Positions 1 through 11,300 of a stretch of DNA of 53,096 nt are shown one piece after another. The DNA comes from Deltaproteobacteria bacterium (lineage in GTDB: Bacteria; Desulfobacterota; Desulfomonilia; UBA1062), in assembly GCA_016934135.1 (NCBI GenBank), contig JAFGTK010000061.1, forward strand, positions 1 through 53,096, in the 5' to 3' direction. A program made the position numbers and the translations under genes. The notes under the pieces were generated by a model. The model was not told the DNA's origin. It made no database searches and was given only the letters and a program-made list of their open reading frames with translations. Position 1 is the stretch's first letter, and each line of letters starts with the position of its first letter.

Positions 1-58
1 AAGACGGATAATAATGCCGACTTCCTGGAATCAATGAATAAATAGGGAGCATAAGAAA

Positions 59-277
59 ATGAAGAAAGAGATCCATCCTGAATACTTCGAGACAACGGTT
101 ACCTGCGCATGCGGTAACAATTTCAAGACCCGTTCGACGAAAGAAGATATCCGTGTTGAAATATGCAGTGCGTGCCATCCGTTCTATACCGGTCAGCAGA
201 GACTCACCTCAGCAGCAGGGAAAGCAGAGCTTTTTAGAAGAAAATATGGAGATTATCTCAAGAAGAATAACAAGTAG
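59..277 (+). CDS. rpmE: 50S ribosomal protein L31
   Basis: The 72-aa ORF has the [10 protein letters not shown]-terminus and the CxC...[10 protein letters not shown] zinc-ribbon signature of L31. A GGGAG Shine-Dalgarno lies about 9 nt upstream. Confidence 0.95.
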   Translation: MKKEIHPEYFETTVTCACGNNFKTRSTKEDIRVEICSACHPFYTGQQRLTSAAGKAELFRRKYGDYLKKNNK

Positions 278-295
278 CCTTCTTGACACATATCT

Positions 296-1363
296 ATGCT
301 GGAAAAATTAAAGGAGATCGAGGTCCGTTATAACGAGCTTTCCGATCTCCTGGCCGATTCAAAGATTGTCCAGAACCGTACAAAGTATACTGAGCTTGCC
401 AGGGAACATGCGAACCTGGAAGAGTATATGTCTCCGTACCGGCGTCTCTTGACCGTCCTGGAAGAGATTGAGGGGCATGAAACCATGCTTTCCGATCCTG
501 ATCCCGAGATGAGAGATCTGGTAAAAGAGGAGCTCAGCGCTCTACACAGTGAACAGGAAGCGCTCGAAAATACCCTGAAGATCCTCTTCACCCCGAAAGA
601 TCCTAATGACAGCAAAGACGTTATCCTTGAAATCCGTGCAGGCACAGGCGGTGAAGAAGCAGGCCTTTTTGCCGCTGACCTCTTTCGAATGTATTCCAGA
701 TACGCCGAGGAAAAGAACTGGGGCATTGAGATACTGCATATCAATGATACCGGCATTGGTGGGATTAAGGAGGTCATTGCAGGGATAAAGGGGGCAGGGG
801 CCTTTTCTAAGCTGAAGTATGAAAGCGGTGTGCACCGGGTTCAGCGGGTCCCTGCAACCGAGGCGAGCGGCCGGATTCATACTTCTGCAGTAACGGTCGC
901 AGTCCTTGCAGAAGCCGAAGAGGTCGATGTGGATATCGATCCCACGGATCTGAGAATCGACACCTACCGGTCCTCCGGTGCCGGAGGCCAGCATGTAAAC
1001 AAGACTGAATCCGCGGTCCGCATCACCCATATTCCTACAGGGATCGTGGTTTCCTGCCAGGATGAAAAGTCTCAGCATAAAAACAAGGCTAGGGCCATGA
1101 GGGTCCTTCGGTCCCGTATCCTTCAAAAGAGGCAGGAGGACATGGATAAGGAGATCGCATCGCAAAGGCGTTCTCAGGTGGGATCGGGCGACCGGAGCGA
1201 GCGGATCCGAACCTATAATTATCCTCAGGCAAGGGTAACGGATCATCGGATCAACCTCACGCTGCATAGACTCCCCCAGATTCTCGAAGGGGATCTGGAT
1301 GAGCTTATAGAAGAGCTCTCCACCCATTATCAGGCCGAAGCGCTCAGTTCTGCCGGGAGTTGA
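296..1363 (+). CDS. prfA: peptide chain release factor 1
   Basis: 355 aa. It has the RF1-specific PAT tripeptide ([17 protein letters not shown]) and the GGQ motif ([23 protein letters not shown]). Confidence 0.97.
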   Translation: MLEKLKEIEVRYNELSDLLADSKIVQNRTKYTELAREHANLEEYMSPYRRLLTVLEEIEGHETMLSDPDPEMRDLVKEELSALHSEQEALENTLKILFTPKDPNDSKDVILEIRAGTGGEEAGLFAADLFRMYSRYAEEKNWGIEILHINDTGIGGIKEVIAGIKGAGAFSKLKYESGVHRVQRVPATEASGRIHTSAVTVAVLAEAEEVDVDIDPTDLRIDTYRSSGAGGQHVNKTESAVRITHIPTGIVVSCQDEKSQHKNKARAMRVLRSRILQKRQEDMDKEIASQRRSQVGSGDRSERIRTYNYPQARVTDHRINLTLHRLPQILEGDLDELIEELSTHYQAEALSSAGS

Positions 1364-1366
1364 CCC

Positions 1367-2218
1367 GTGGGATGGACCATCAGGTCGATACTTTCCTGGT
1401 CCAAACCGTATCTTCAAAGCAAGGGAATTGATTCTCCACGGCTCGATGCAGAGCTTCTCCTTGCCCATGCCCTGGGCATCAAACGCATCGATCTGTATCT
1501 GGACATGGACCGTCCGCTGACTGACGACGACCTTGGATCATACCGGCAGTACCTGAAAAGGAGATCGTGCAAAGAACCGGTTGCATACATTCTCGGTGAA
1601 AAAGAGTTCTATTCAAGAACCTTCCATGTCAACAGCCATGTTCTAATTCCAAGGCCGGAGAGTGAACTCCTTGTAGAGCAGGCAATATCCTTGGTGCCTG
1701 CCGGGGAAAAGATTCTGGAAGTTGGGGTGGGCTCTGGTGCAGTGATCGTTTCCATACTTGCCGAGAGGGAAGACCTTGAAGGCGTCGGCTGTGACGTAAA
1801 CATCGAGACAATCGGCATCGCAAAAAACAATGCCTTACTGCATGGTGTCTCATCGCGGATACAATTCTTTGTCGGGGACGGGCTTAATCCTTTGCGTGGA
1901 CAATTTCCCCTTATAATCATGAATCCGCCGTATATTGCCCTTTCGCATGCTGATCAACTGCAGGATGATGTTCTTAAATATGAACCTCACAGTGCCCTTT
2001 TTGGTGGAAATGACGGCCTTGATATAATAAAAGATATTATCATGAATGTGAGAAAACATCTGAGAAGAAAAGGACGGTTCATCATGGAGACCGGGTACGG
2101 GCAGAAAGAGGCCATTGACGATCTGATAAGATCAGCTCAAGGTATACGGACACAAGCATGGATAAAGGATCTGTCCGGCACCTACCGGGTAGTTATTGTG
2201 GAGAACAGTGATGGATAA
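1367..2218 (+). CDS. prmC: release-factor glutamine N5-methyltransferase
   Basis: GTG start with a 3-nt gap after the prfA stop. It has the SAM-binding EVGVGSGA motif and the catalytic NPPY (IIMNPPYI). prfA-prmC is the classic pairing. Confidence 0.9.
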   Translation: MGWTIRSILSWSKPYLQSKGIDSPRLDAELLLAHALGIKRIDLYLDMDRPLTDDDLGSYRQYLKRRSCKEPVAYILGEKEFYSRTFHVNSHVLIPRPESELLVEQAISLVPAGEKILEVGVGSGAVIVSILAEREDLEGVGCDVNIETIGIAKNNALLHGVSSRIQFFVGDGLNPLRGQFPLIIMNPPYIALSHADQLQDDVLKYEPHSALFGGNDGLDIIKDIIMNVRKHLRRKGRFIMETGYGQKEAIDDLIRSAQGIRTQAWIKDLSGTYRVVIVENSDG

Positions 2219-3476
2219 ATTTATCATAGAAGGCGGCATCCCACTCAATGGGGAGGTACATATCTCAGGATCAAAGAACGCTGCACTGCCGATTCTGTGT
2301 TCATCCATCCTTGCAGACGATATCTGCACCTATACCAACATCCCGGCGTTGCGTGATATCAGCACGATTACCGAAGTGCTCTCAACGCTTGGAATGGGTA
2401 TTGAACGCCCTTGTAACGGTTGTATCGTGATAGACCCCAGGACTACCTCGTCATACGAGGCCCCATATGAACTTGTCAAGAGCATGCGTGCGTCGATCCT
2501 GGTACTCGGACCTCTGCTTGCAAAATATAAAAAGGCAAAGGTTTCACTGCCAGGCGGATGTGCTATCGGTGTCCGGCCCATTGACATGCACCTCAAGGCA
2601 CTTACAAAGATGGGAGCAAACATCACGTTGTCCCACGGATACGTAATGGCCTTTACCGAAGGACTCAAGGGAACTAGAATCGTGTTTGATACCCCTACGG
2701 TTGGGGGCACCGAAAACATCATGATGGCTGCGAGCCTTGCAGAGGGGACAACCGTTATTGAAGGCGCAGCAAAAGAGCCTGAGGTAGTGGATCTTGCCTA
2801 TGCACTTATTGCCATGGGGGCGCAAATCGACGGTGCAGGTCAGAGCACCATTACCATTGACGGCACACCATCCCTTTCCGGGCTGGAATACAGAGTTATT
2901 CCCGACAGGATAGAAGTGGGGACATTTCTCATCGCAGGGGCCATAACCAAGGGTGACCTTATCCTGAAGGATGCACGGGCCGATCATGTCGTCGCTGTTG
3001 TTGACAAGCTCCTGGAGATGGGCGTTGCTATTAACCAGAGAGAGGACGGGAGCCTTCATGTTGACGGGAAACATGATCTCTTGCCGGTACAGGTCGACAC
3101 TGTTCCCTATCCGGGATTTCCCACTGACATGCAGGCACAGATAATGGCCCTTGCCTGTATTACTCCAGGAACTACGAGTATTACGGAGAACATATTTGAA
3201 AACCGGTTCATGCATGTGCCTGAACTCGTAAGGCTTGGGGGACGACTCGAGGAGAAGGGACATACCGTGATTGTACAGGGGGTGGAGCAGTTTCAGGGTG
3301 CATCGGTGATGGCCACTGATCTGCGGGCTTCGGCAAGCCTTGTCCTTGCAGCACTCAATGCCAGGGGTTTGACCGAGATCAGACGGATATACCACCTTGA
3401 CAGGGGATATGAAAATCTCGACCAGAAGCTCGTAAAACTCGGTGCCCGGGTAAGAAGAGAGAGGGGTGGATTGTGA
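2211..3476 (+). CDS. murA: UDP-N-acetylglucosamine 1-carboxyvinyltransferase
   Basis: The ATG at 2211 is preceded by GGAG (2200-2203) and overlaps the prmC stop by 8 nt; the ORF track starts at 2196. It has the [10 protein letters not shown]-terminus and the active-site loop [13 protein letters not shown] with the catalytic Cys. Confidence 0.95.
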   Translation: MDKFIIEGGIPLNGEVHISGSKNAALPILCSSILADDICTYTNIPALRDISTITEVLSTLGMGIERPCNGCIVIDPRTTSSYEAPYELVKSMRASILVLGPLLAKYKKAKVSLPGGCAIGVRPIDMHLKALTKMGANITLSHGYVMAFTEGLKGTRIVFDTPTVGGTENIMMAASLAEGTTVIEGAAKEPEVVDLAYALIAMGAQIDGAGQSTITIDGTPSLSGLEYRVIPDRIEVGTFLIAGAITKGDLILKDARADHVVAVVDKLLEMGVAINQREDGSLHVDGKHDLLPVQVDTVPYPGFPTDMQAQIMALACITPGTTSITENIFENRFMHVPELVRLGGRLEEKGHTVIVQGVEQFQGASVMATDLRASASLVLAALNARGLTEIRRIYHLDRGYENLDQKLVKLGARVRRERGGL

Positions 3477-4762
3477 TGGAGGTTATTACAACGGAGGATA
3501 AGTCCTGGCAGGAACGGCTGAACACCCTGCTGGAGCGTATCAGGCAGATTCCGCAGGAAGTGGATGAGACGGTCCGTGAGATCATACAGGCTGTAAAGGA
3601 TCAGGGGGATGCCGCGCTTTTCAGCTATACGAAAAGATTTGACGGCTTCGATCCTGCTGTCAAAGGGATCTCGGTCAACCGCGAAGACATGGCCGAGGCG
3701 TTATCCCGTGTGGATGATGATATCACAAAAGCATTGCGTCAGGCAGCTGAAAGGATAGAGAAGTTCCACCTGCACCAGAAAGAGGATTCATGGATAACCG
3801 CCGATGAGAACGGGGTAATCCTTGGGCAGAAGGTAACCCCGATTGACCGTGTCGGTATTTATATACCCGGAGGAAAAAATGCCTTTCCCTCGACCGTGCT
3901 CATGAATGTCATCCCTGCGAAGATTGCCGGGGTCAGCGAGATCACGGTTGTGTCTCCCTCTCCTGCAGGCGAGATAAACGACACCCTGCTTGCAGCGGCA
4001 TATATAGCCGGTGTGGAAAGGATATTCCGTGTGGGAGGGGCTCAGGCCATAGCCGCCCTTGCCTATGGTACACAAAGCATACCCAGGGTTGACAAGGTGG
4101 TGGGTCCCGGCAATATCTATGTAGCTCATGCAAAAAGGGTACTTATGGGTACAATAGGTATCGACTCGTTTGCAGGACCATCGGAGATCCTAGTGATTGC
4201 AGACGAAAACGCCGATGCACATATGGTAGCTTCAGATCTCCTCTCTCAGGCAGAACATGATCCCATGGCATCTTCCATGCTCGTGACGCCTTGCGGGCCT
4301 CTGGCAAAAGCTGTTGTGGAGCTGCTTGGAATCGAAAAGGAAAGATTGCCTAGAAAGGATGTGGTTACCGAATCGCTCCGAAATCACGGGGCATGCATCA
4401 TTACCCGTGATCTTGACGAGGCATTCATGGTGGCGAATTGTGTGGCTCCTGAGCACCTGGAGCTTATGGTGCAGGATGCATATGAGTATCTCGGAAAGGT
4501 GAGAAATGCAGGGGCCATATTCCTCGGGTATTACTCTCCCGAGGCCATGGGGGATTATATCGCCGGTCCGAACCATACCCTGCCCACAGGATCGACATCG
4601 CGGTTCTCATCGCCTCTGGGAGTTTATGATTTCGTTAAGAGATCCTCTCTTATCGGGTTCAGCAGGGATGCTGCAAAAACCATTGGTCCGCTGGCTGCAA
4701 AGATTGCACGGGCGGAAAATCTGGAGGCGCATGCACGATCTGTCGAGACTCGTATCAAGTAA
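3476..4762 (+). CDS. hisD: histidinol dehydrogenase
   Basis: About 428 aa with the conserved LLSQAEHDP and GDYIAGPNHTLPT motifs. The start is either ATG 3476 or GTG 3473, overlapping the murA stop. Confidence 0.95.
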   Translation: MEVITTEDKSWQERLNTLLERIRQIPQEVDETVREIIQAVKDQGDAALFSYTKRFDGFDPAVKGISVNREDMAEALSRVDDDITKALRQAAERIEKFHLHQKEDSWITADENGVILGQKVTPIDRVGIYIPGGKNAFPSTVLMNVIPAKIAGVSEITVVSPSPAGEINDTLLAAAYIAGVERIFRVGGAQAIAALAYGTQSIPRVDKVVGPGNIYVAHAKRVLMGTIGIDSFAGPSEILVIADENADAHMVASDLLSQAEHDPMASSMLVTPCGPLAKAVVELLGIEKERLPRKDVVTESLRNHGACIITRDLDEAFMVANCVAPEHLELMVQDAYEYLGKVRNAGAIFLGYYSPEAMGDYIAGPNHTLPTGSTSRFSSPLGVYDFVKRSSLIGFSRDAAKTIGPLAAKIARAENLEAHARSVETRIK

Positions 4763-6155
4763 CCCCACGCTGAGTGCCATTGAAGATCTTTTTTCACCGG
4801 AGACCTATCTCGTGGGAGGGTGTATCCGCGATATGCTCCGGGGTCAGGAGCCGCTGGATTTTGATATCGTTACCTTTTCCGATGTAGGCAGCTTTGCAGA
4901 CAAGATTGCCAGGAGGTTTTCCTCAACAGCGTTCTGGATGGACAAAACGCGCGGAGTTGTACGTATTTCCCTTAAGGGGAAAGGGATTACCATAGATGTG
5001 TGCTTACCCAAAGGGCATGATATCGTAGCTGATCTGAGAAAACGGGACATCACCATCAATGCAATGGCGTATGCCGTTTCCGCTTGTGAGCTTATAGATC
5101 CGCTGGACGGGCTCGTTGATCTTGGCCATGGTGTTATCAGGATTATATCTGAAGACAGTCTCAGGGATGACCCGGCAAGGGTGGTACGGTGCCTGAGATT
5201 TTCCGTTGTGCTCGGTTTTCCTATTGCAGCCTCAACAGCTGCCTTGTTAAAAAAATATGCCTGTAAGGTTGCAACGGTTTCTGCTGAACGGATAAAGCAG
5301 GAATTTATGAAAGCACTGTGCGATCAGAACGGTTCCAGGTTCTTTACCCTTATGGAAACAACAGGCGTAATCAAGGCCCTTTTCCCCGATATTATATACC
5401 AGGGCAAAGATATTTCTCTGAAGGGTTTGCGTTCTGCGCTGTTTTTAGCCCGCGAGACAGACGGCCTTATCTATGATGCTGAAATTCTTCTCCCCGGAAG
5501 CGATCGTGACCTTGCACAGGAGGTCGAGTCAAAATTGTCAAGGGCAGGACTTTTGCGTCTTGCAGCCTTTGTCTTTGGAATAGCCCCCTACCGGAATACA
5601 GAGGAGTTGGATAAAAGCGCCGTGCTGCAGGCAGTAAACCCTGAACAAGGCATTCTAATTGCCAGAGAGATATGTTCGTCACTTAAGGTTTCATCAAGGG
5701 CCATCACCTTAATTAATAGCATGTATGCATCGCAAAAACTGGTACACGAGATCCTTTCCCAAAAGGATCTCCCTGTACGCATAGTTCATCTTCTTTGCGA
5801 AAAAGCCTTCTCATGTCTTCCCGAGACCCTTCTCCTTGCATGGGCATTGAAGAGATCACCGCACAGCGGGAATAAAGCCTTCCTGAAGCATGTCCATTTA
5901 AAAGAAAAGATACAGGAGATATGGCGCTATTTCGTGGATATCTATCAGGTGCAGAAACAGAACCAGCTGATTGACGGTAATGATGTCATACGCTCACTTG
6001 GCATTGCTCCGGGCCCCATGGTCGGCAGGCTGCTGCTGGAGGTGGAAGCAGCGCGCGCCGAGGGGGTTGTAAACTCGAGGCAAGAAGCGATCGATCACCT
6101 TCATGTGCTGGCCCGGCAGATACAAATATGCCCTGATATGAAAAGAAGCACATAA
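4731..6155 (+). CDS. CCA-adding enzyme / poly(A) polymerase family nucleotidyltransferase
   Basis: It has the head-domain motifs LVGGCIRDMLRG..DFDIVT, KRDITINAM and DPLDG..DL..GVIR...SLRDDPARVVRCLRF. I chose the ATG at 4731 because the longer ORF from 4506 lies inside hisD in another frame. This start still gives a 32-nt overlap with hisD. Confidence 0.8.
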   Translation: MHDLSRLVSSNPTLSAIEDLFSPETYLVGGCIRDMLRGQEPLDFDIVTFSDVGSFADKIARRFSSTAFWMDKTRGVVRISLKGKGITIDVCLPKGHDIVADLRKRDITINAMAYAVSACELIDPLDGLVDLGHGVIRIISEDSLRDDPARVVRCLRFSVVLGFPIAASTAALLKKYACKVATVSAERIKQEFMKALCDQNGSRFFTLMETTGVIKALFPDIIYQGKDISLKGLRSALFLARETDGLIYDAEILLPGSDRDLAQEVESKLSRAGLLRLAAFVFGIAPYRNTEELDKSAVLQAVNPEQGILIAREICSSLKVSSRAITLINSMYASQKLVHEILSQKDLPVRIVHLLCEKAFSCLPETLLLAWALKRSPHSGNKAFLKHVHLKEKIQEIWRYFVDIYQVQKQNQLIDGNDVIRSLGIAPGPMVGRLLLEVEAARAEGVVNSRQEAIDHLHVLARQIQICPDMKRST

Positions 6156-6198
6156 AGAAGGTTTCAATCAGGGAAATATTTTGGTATAGAGTATAGAT

Positions 6199-6798
6199 AT
6201 GAATGTTGAATCGTGGATGATAAAAGATCTCATCACCATTGGAAGGGATGCGGGTATCCGTGACGCGCTTCTGGTGATGAAAAAGCACTCTGTCCGGCAT
6301 CTGCCCGTTGTTGAAAACGGTCTGTTCGTCGGGCTGGTGACCCTTGGAGATTTAAAACAGGCCATACTTGCCTCCATGCTTGAAAGCCTCAAGGTAAGCG
6401 ATGTCATGATCCAGAACCCGTATACGATCACGTGTGAAACCTCGCTGGAAAAGGCGGCACTGATCATCTACGAAAAGAACATCGGGTGTCTGCCTGTTGT
6501 CGAAGAAGGGAAGATACTTGGGATCATTACAGTCAACGATATTCTCAAGGCCTTTATCGACATCATGGGAGTACTCAAGGCAGGGGCACGTATCGATGTT
6601 ATCCTCAAAAGCGTTCATGGCTCCTTTGACGAGGTTGTTTCCATAATCGAACAGGAGGGCGGATACATAATCAGTGCCGGCATGTCCATCAACGGCGATG
6701 ACAATGCCCATCACTTCCGTATATCCGGAGGCAACACCGCTGCTATTGCTGAAGAACTAACCTCTTTAGGGTATCGCGGCGTCAAGGTTATAGAGTAA
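6199..6798 (+). CDS. CBS-domain pair protein with ACT-like C-terminal domain (AcuB-like architecture)
   Basis: Two CBS repeats are visible (..VRHLPVVENGLFVGLVTLGDL.. and ..IGCLPVVEEGKILGIITVNDIL..). They are followed by a ~70-aa small-molecule-binding-like tail. Confidence 0.8.
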   Translation: MNVESWMIKDLITIGRDAGIRDALLVMKKHSVRHLPVVENGLFVGLVTLGDLKQAILASMLESLKVSDVMIQNPYTITCETSLEKAALIIYEKNIGCLPVVEEGKILGIITVNDILKAFIDIMGVLKAGARIDVILKSVHGSFDEVVSIIEQEGGYIISAGMSINGDDNAHHFRISGGNTAAIAEELTSLGYRGVKVIE

Positions 6799-7078
6799 GA
6801 GAAAGCGCCGAGAGGACCTCCTCCTGGCCTATACCCTCCAGACAGAGAACCTTTATTCTGCTTTTTTCCCCCTGAGTTATGGTGATTCTTGATTTGGCAA
6901 TATGCAGCTGCTTGGAAAAGAATCTGATCAGCGCCTTGTTCGCCTTGCCCTCGACAGGCGGTGCGCTCAGCCGGACACAGAGTCTGTCTTCCTTGATTCC
7001 GTCGATACAGTCCCTGCTCGAATTGGGATGAATCCTGCACTCAACTATAGTGGCGTCAACGCTGCTTCGAATCCACAT
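6788..7078 (-). CDS. DUF167 / YggU family protein
   Basis: 96 aa with the RLSAPPVEGKANKALIRFFSK pattern typical of YggU. It lies in the YggT/DivIVA neighbourhood. Confidence 0.8.
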   Translation of the reverse strand: MWIRSSVDATIVECRIHPNSSRDCIDGIKEDRLCVRLSAPPVEGKANKALIRFFSKQLHIAKSRITITQGEKSRIKVLCLEGIGQEEVLSALSLTL

Positions 7079-7586
7079 CCCCCATCTCCCGTATCCAGCT
7101 CTGGCAGGAGTTGAGAACCCCTTTGAGATCGGAGATGAGATTGATCCTTTTTGCCTTCAGATCCAGGAGTTCCTGTTCCAGCTCTGCCTTTTTCTGCCGG
7201 GCTTCCGTGAGGATCTCGTCGGCCTTCCTGCGTGCCTCATCAAGGATCTCGCCGTGTTTATTCTCTGCTTCGGCTGCTGATTTCTGGGCCTGCTCCTCGA
7301 GCAGGGCTGCCTGCTTTTGTGCCTCTGAAGTGATGCCAGCTGCTTCAGTCTCGGCCTTACGGATCTTTTCATCAGAAAACTGTTTTGCGGACAGGAAAAG
7401 ATCCTCGAGGTCTTTCTGTTTGTTTTTCATGTTGTCCAGTTCACTCTTGAGGAGCGAATTCTCTTCCAGGATCTCTTCAAGGTCTTCTGCGATATCGATC
7501 AGAAAACTGGTAACCTCATCCTTGTCAAAGCCCGAAAGCTTGACCTTGAACCGCTGTTCACGTATCATTTCCGGTGTTACCTGCAT
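7056..7586 (-). CDS. DivIVA-domain cell-division protein
   Basis: The N-terminus TPEMIREQRFKVKLSGFDKDEVTSFL is the DivIVA lipid-binding domain. It is followed by a charged coiled coil. The start shares one nucleotide with the YggT stop (TGATG). Confidence 0.85.
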   Translation of the reverse strand: MQVTPEMIREQRFKVKLSGFDKDEVTSFLIDIAEDLEEILEENSLLKSELDNMKNKQKDLEDLFLSAKQFSDEKIRKAETEAAGITSEAQKQAALLEEQAQKSAAEAENKHGEILDEARRKADEILTEARQKKAELEQELLDLKAKRINLISDLKGVLNSCQSWIREMGDVDSKQR

Positions 7587-8194
7587 CAGAACCCCCCATG
7601 TAATTTTAATCTCATCCCTGTTTCAATGAGGCCTTTTGAAACCACCATGTTTGTCAATACTATTATCATGATGACGACAACCGGAGAAAAGTCGAAACCG
7701 CCGAATCTGAGCGGAAGCTGCCTTCGGAACCATGAAAAAACGGGATTGGTAACAGTAAAGAGAAATCGCACAATGGGATTGTACGGATTCGGGTTCACAA
7801 AGGTTATCACTGCAGCTATTATCACCACCCACATATAAAAATTAAGCAGAATAACGATCGACTGGCCAAGCCCGATAAGGATATTGGCAACTATGTTACC
7901 CTGTTCAACAAGAGATTTAACACCGGCGAAGTCCAGGAAGATGATGAATGCAATAACGACGATGGGAGTAAGATCGATCCCGCCGATAACCATTGGTATA
8001 CTGCGCCTCAGTCTTGAAAATACCGGCTCTGTAGCCTTTCGTAAAAACATGACGACCGGGTTGTATGGATCAGGATTTACCCAGGACAACAAGGCCCCGA
8101 TCACGACAATCCATAGATATACGGTGAGCAGGATATGGAGCAACTGGCCGAGCACTGGGAAAAGATTGTTCTCTACTAACATGCACACCCCCAT
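7586..8194 (-). CDS. YggT family membrane protein (two YggT repeats)
   Basis: The motif W(V/F)NPxPYNP(V/I)V.FL...T.PV....RR..P...G.D.(T/S)P(I/V)VV occurs twice. An alternative start at 8182 (MLVENN..) has a GGGGGTG Shine-Dalgarno 4-5 nt upstream and may be the real one. Confidence 0.85.
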   Translation of the reverse strand: MGVCMLVENNLFPVLGQLLHILLTVYLWIVVIGALLSWVNPDPYNPVVMFLRKATEPVFSRLRRSIPMVIGGIDLTPIVVIAFIIFLDFAGVKSLVEQGNIVANILIGLGQSIVILLNFYMWVVIIAAVITFVNPNPYNPIVRFLFTVTNPVFSWFRRQLPLRFGGFDFSPVVVIMIIVLTNMVVSKGLIETGMRLKLHGGF

Positions 8195-8334
8195 AACTAT
8201 GGAAAAAAAGATATAGTACCTGTATTGCCGATTTCAAGGATCAATTGCAAGGTGTTTTCGTGATGGTATGTCATTTATGCAGTCTTTACAACCGCGCTTG
8301 CAATTCATAAGAAAGCTCTGATAAAGCATGAAGT

Positions 8335-11300
8335 GTGAAGTTAAAAAAGGTTGAAATCAAGGGATTCAAGTCTCTGGCAAAAAAGATCTCACTGACCCTA
8401 TCCGATGGCGTTACCTGTATTGCAGGGCCCAACGGCTGCGGCAAGAGCAACCTTATTGATGCCATAAGATGGGCGCTCGGCGAGCAGTCCATCCGGTCTC
8501 TGCGGGCCGGATCCATGAGCGATGTGATATTTTCGGGAACACAGGACACACCGTCGAGTTCGCTGGCGCAGGTCACCCTCGAGTTTATCCGGGACCAGGG
8601 ATATTTCCCGAAATCGCTCGATGGTTTCGACGAGGTATCCATCTCCAGAAAGCTTTTCAGAACAGGAGAAAGTGTATACTTCATCAACAATGTAAAATGC
8701 CGTTTGAAGGATATTACCGATATCTTTCTGGATACCGGGCTTGACCGTCATGGATATGCCATAATTGAGCAGGGAAAGATCAAGGACATCATCCAGTCAA
8801 GGCCCGAGGACATCAGGTATCTTATTGAAGAGGTTGCCGAGGTCGGAAAATTCAGAATAAAGAGGGCGGATGCAATAAAGAGACTGGAGGCGACTTCAAT
8901 CAATCTGGAAAGGATTCGCGACCTGCTGAGCGAGGTTTCACGCCAGAAAGAGGACCTCAGAGGCCAGGCAAACAAGGCGAAGAGATATCAGGTGGTACGC
9001 TACGAGATAAACGACCTGACCAGAAACCTCTGGTTATATGAACTCGATACTATTTCTGCTGCCAGTAAGGAGCTTGAACAGGAAAAACAGGGACTGGACG
9101 ATCAGATCGAGGCCTTTCAACGACAGTACCAGGAATATTCAAGCCTTATAGGAACCCGCACCTCCCATTTGGCAGCTCTCAGGGAAAATATGGATTCCAC
9201 CGGAATTAAATGGAATGAGGCAAACTCGCGAGTCCTTTTAGCCCAAAGAGATATTGATACGAATCAGAAACGCAAAAAGGACATCGATGCTACTCTGGAG
9301 ATGATCGAGACCCGAATAGAACAATTGAAAAACGCCATTAACCAGGCACACAAGGAATATACGCAGGGGCGCCAGGAGATCGATTCCCTTTCCTCCCAGA
9401 TCGACGGTGTTCAGGCGGAACTTGCCCGGGAGCAGGAAAGCGGGGAAAGCATCTATCAGGAATACAGACAGCTCGAGGATGACTTTAATCACGGCAGGGC
9501 AAAACTCTTTGACAGTATAGGGAATGCCAGGGCTGTTGCCCAGAGGCTTTCATCCCTGAAAACAAGACATCAGGAGGTGATATCGAACATCCAGAAACGC
9601 AACGAGGATCTTGCGGAAATCAAGGACAAGAAAAGATCCCTGCAGCATCGGCTGCTTGACCTGGACCGGACAATTCAAGGCTCGCAAGACGCAATGGGAA
9701 AGGTTGATGACAGGCTGCGCTCAGTGATTGAGGCAATGAATATCCTTCAGGGAAAGATCGATAAGGAAACCAAAGGCTTAGTTGACAGGGAAAAAGAACA
9801 TGCACAGCTCGGGGCAAAGATAACCATGCTCGAGCGGATAATCAATTCAGGGACGAAAGAAGCATCTGCGCCGGCAGCGATATCAAACGGAACGCGAAAG
9901 GTTGCGGATACCTTGAAAGTTCATACGGGATTTGAAGAGACTGTCGGGAAATCCATAGGAGAGGCCCTGGATTTTGTTATCATACATGATCATGAAGAGG
10001 TTGAATCCCTTTTAAACAAAGGGGATAGTGATCCCGGGTATATCCTCAGGCAGCCTCATTTGAAAAACACCGGTGAACAGGCCCTGTCGAGGGGTGACGG
10101 GGTGATCGGGCCTCTGAGTGAGTGTATGGAAGTCCGGGAGGGTTTCGAGGATATTGTTTGTGCCCTGTCGCAGGACATGTGGGTTGTGGAGGATATTCGT
10201 TGTGCGCTGATGCTCTGGAAACAGGGGATCAGATCCTTAAGGTTTGTCACAAGGGAAGGAATTATAGTTGAACCCTCCGGGGCAGTACGCACCAGCAGCG
10301 AGATGATGAAGTATGCAGAAGGCCTCAAGGCAAAGGCTGAAAAAGAACAGCTCATGGTGCATATGCATCTTGTTGAGGAAACAATCAAAGACACATCAGT
10401 ACGCCTGGAGGTGCTCAGATCTGAGTATACAGCCTTGAACAATGAAAAGGCAGAGGTTAATCTCAGGAAGGAAGAGATAGGTAAACAGACAGCAGGACAC
10501 CTCGATTCACGCCATGAAATCCTGAGGGATCTGGAACGGACAGGAGAGAGGGAGAGTTCGTTTGAACGCGATATTGTCTCATGGAATGAGATGGCTGGAA
10601 AGCTCAATGACGATATCAATGCAATCTCTTCCGACAAGGATGTTCTGGACGCAGAGATCGAGCAGAGCCAATCTCTGATAAAGTCTCTGGATGAAAAAAA
10701 AGAGGCTGCAAAGGCAGTTTATGAGAAGGCCAGGCAATCACTCCAGGAAAACACTGCTAGGTGTAACGAACTCAAAGTCGCCTATGCTTCAAGGCGAGAG
10801 AGGATTCAGGGTATAGAGATAAACCTGGAGAAGATGAATCAGGAAATGGAAAAAGATGATCTTCGTGTCCGTGAGCTTATGCATACCCATGCCTCTGTTA
10901 TCGGATCACTGGAAACATCCTCATCAGAACTCAAAAGAGCGAACGAGGAGATCTCCTCTCTGCAGAAACTAAAAGAGCAGCTGCAGCCGGAAATTGATGA
11001 CCTGACAGATGGCTTGCAATCGCTGAGAGAAAGCCGGGAGCAATGCAGAGAGAACATGGACCACCTTGAAAAGACAAGGAATTCATACATGCTCAGGCAC
11101 AAAGAGCATGAAATAGCATATTCCATGAGCAAAGAGCGCCTGGTCTCCAGGTTCGGCAAGGATATTCAAAATGTCCCCGATGACTTTAATCCTGAGCAGG
11201 CAAGAGAAAAAGTGGATTCGCTCGAAAAGAGAATTGAGAAAATGGGCCAGATAAATTTTGCTTCGATCGATGCCTATGAGAATGTTCAGGCCCGGTGGGA

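Noticed and set aside
296-1363. A programmed +1 frameshift of the kind found in release-factor genes.
   Set aside because: That mechanism belongs to prfB (RF2). This gene is RF1 (PAT motif) and is a single uninterrupted frame.
542-1468. A 308-aa ORF antisense to prfA/prmC. Similar long antisense ORFs occur at 2544-3395, 22648-23295, 24050-24721, 29058-29930, 30545-31264, 33934-34617, 35183-35890, 36553-37281 and 45377-45997.
   Set aside because: Each lies entirely inside a strongly supported housekeeping gene on the other strand. They have Arg/Ser/Pro/Cys-rich composition, no recognisable motifs and no Shine-Dalgarno. These are typical shadow ORFs.
4506-4730. N-terminal extensions suggested by the ORF track for the CCA-family gene. 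The same applies to 17013-17099, 19427-19489, 23813-23881, 24742-24813, 25935-26075, 11891-11965 and 50951-50998.
   Set aside because: The extensions overlap the preceding gene in another frame and lack homology-like sequence. Internal starts with good Shine-Dalgarno spacing reproduce the canonical N-termini of the families.
7111-7629. A 172-aa Ser-rich ORF on the + strand opposite DivIVA.
   Set aside because: It is the low-complexity mirror of the Glu/Lys-rich coiled coil of DivIVA and has no independent support.
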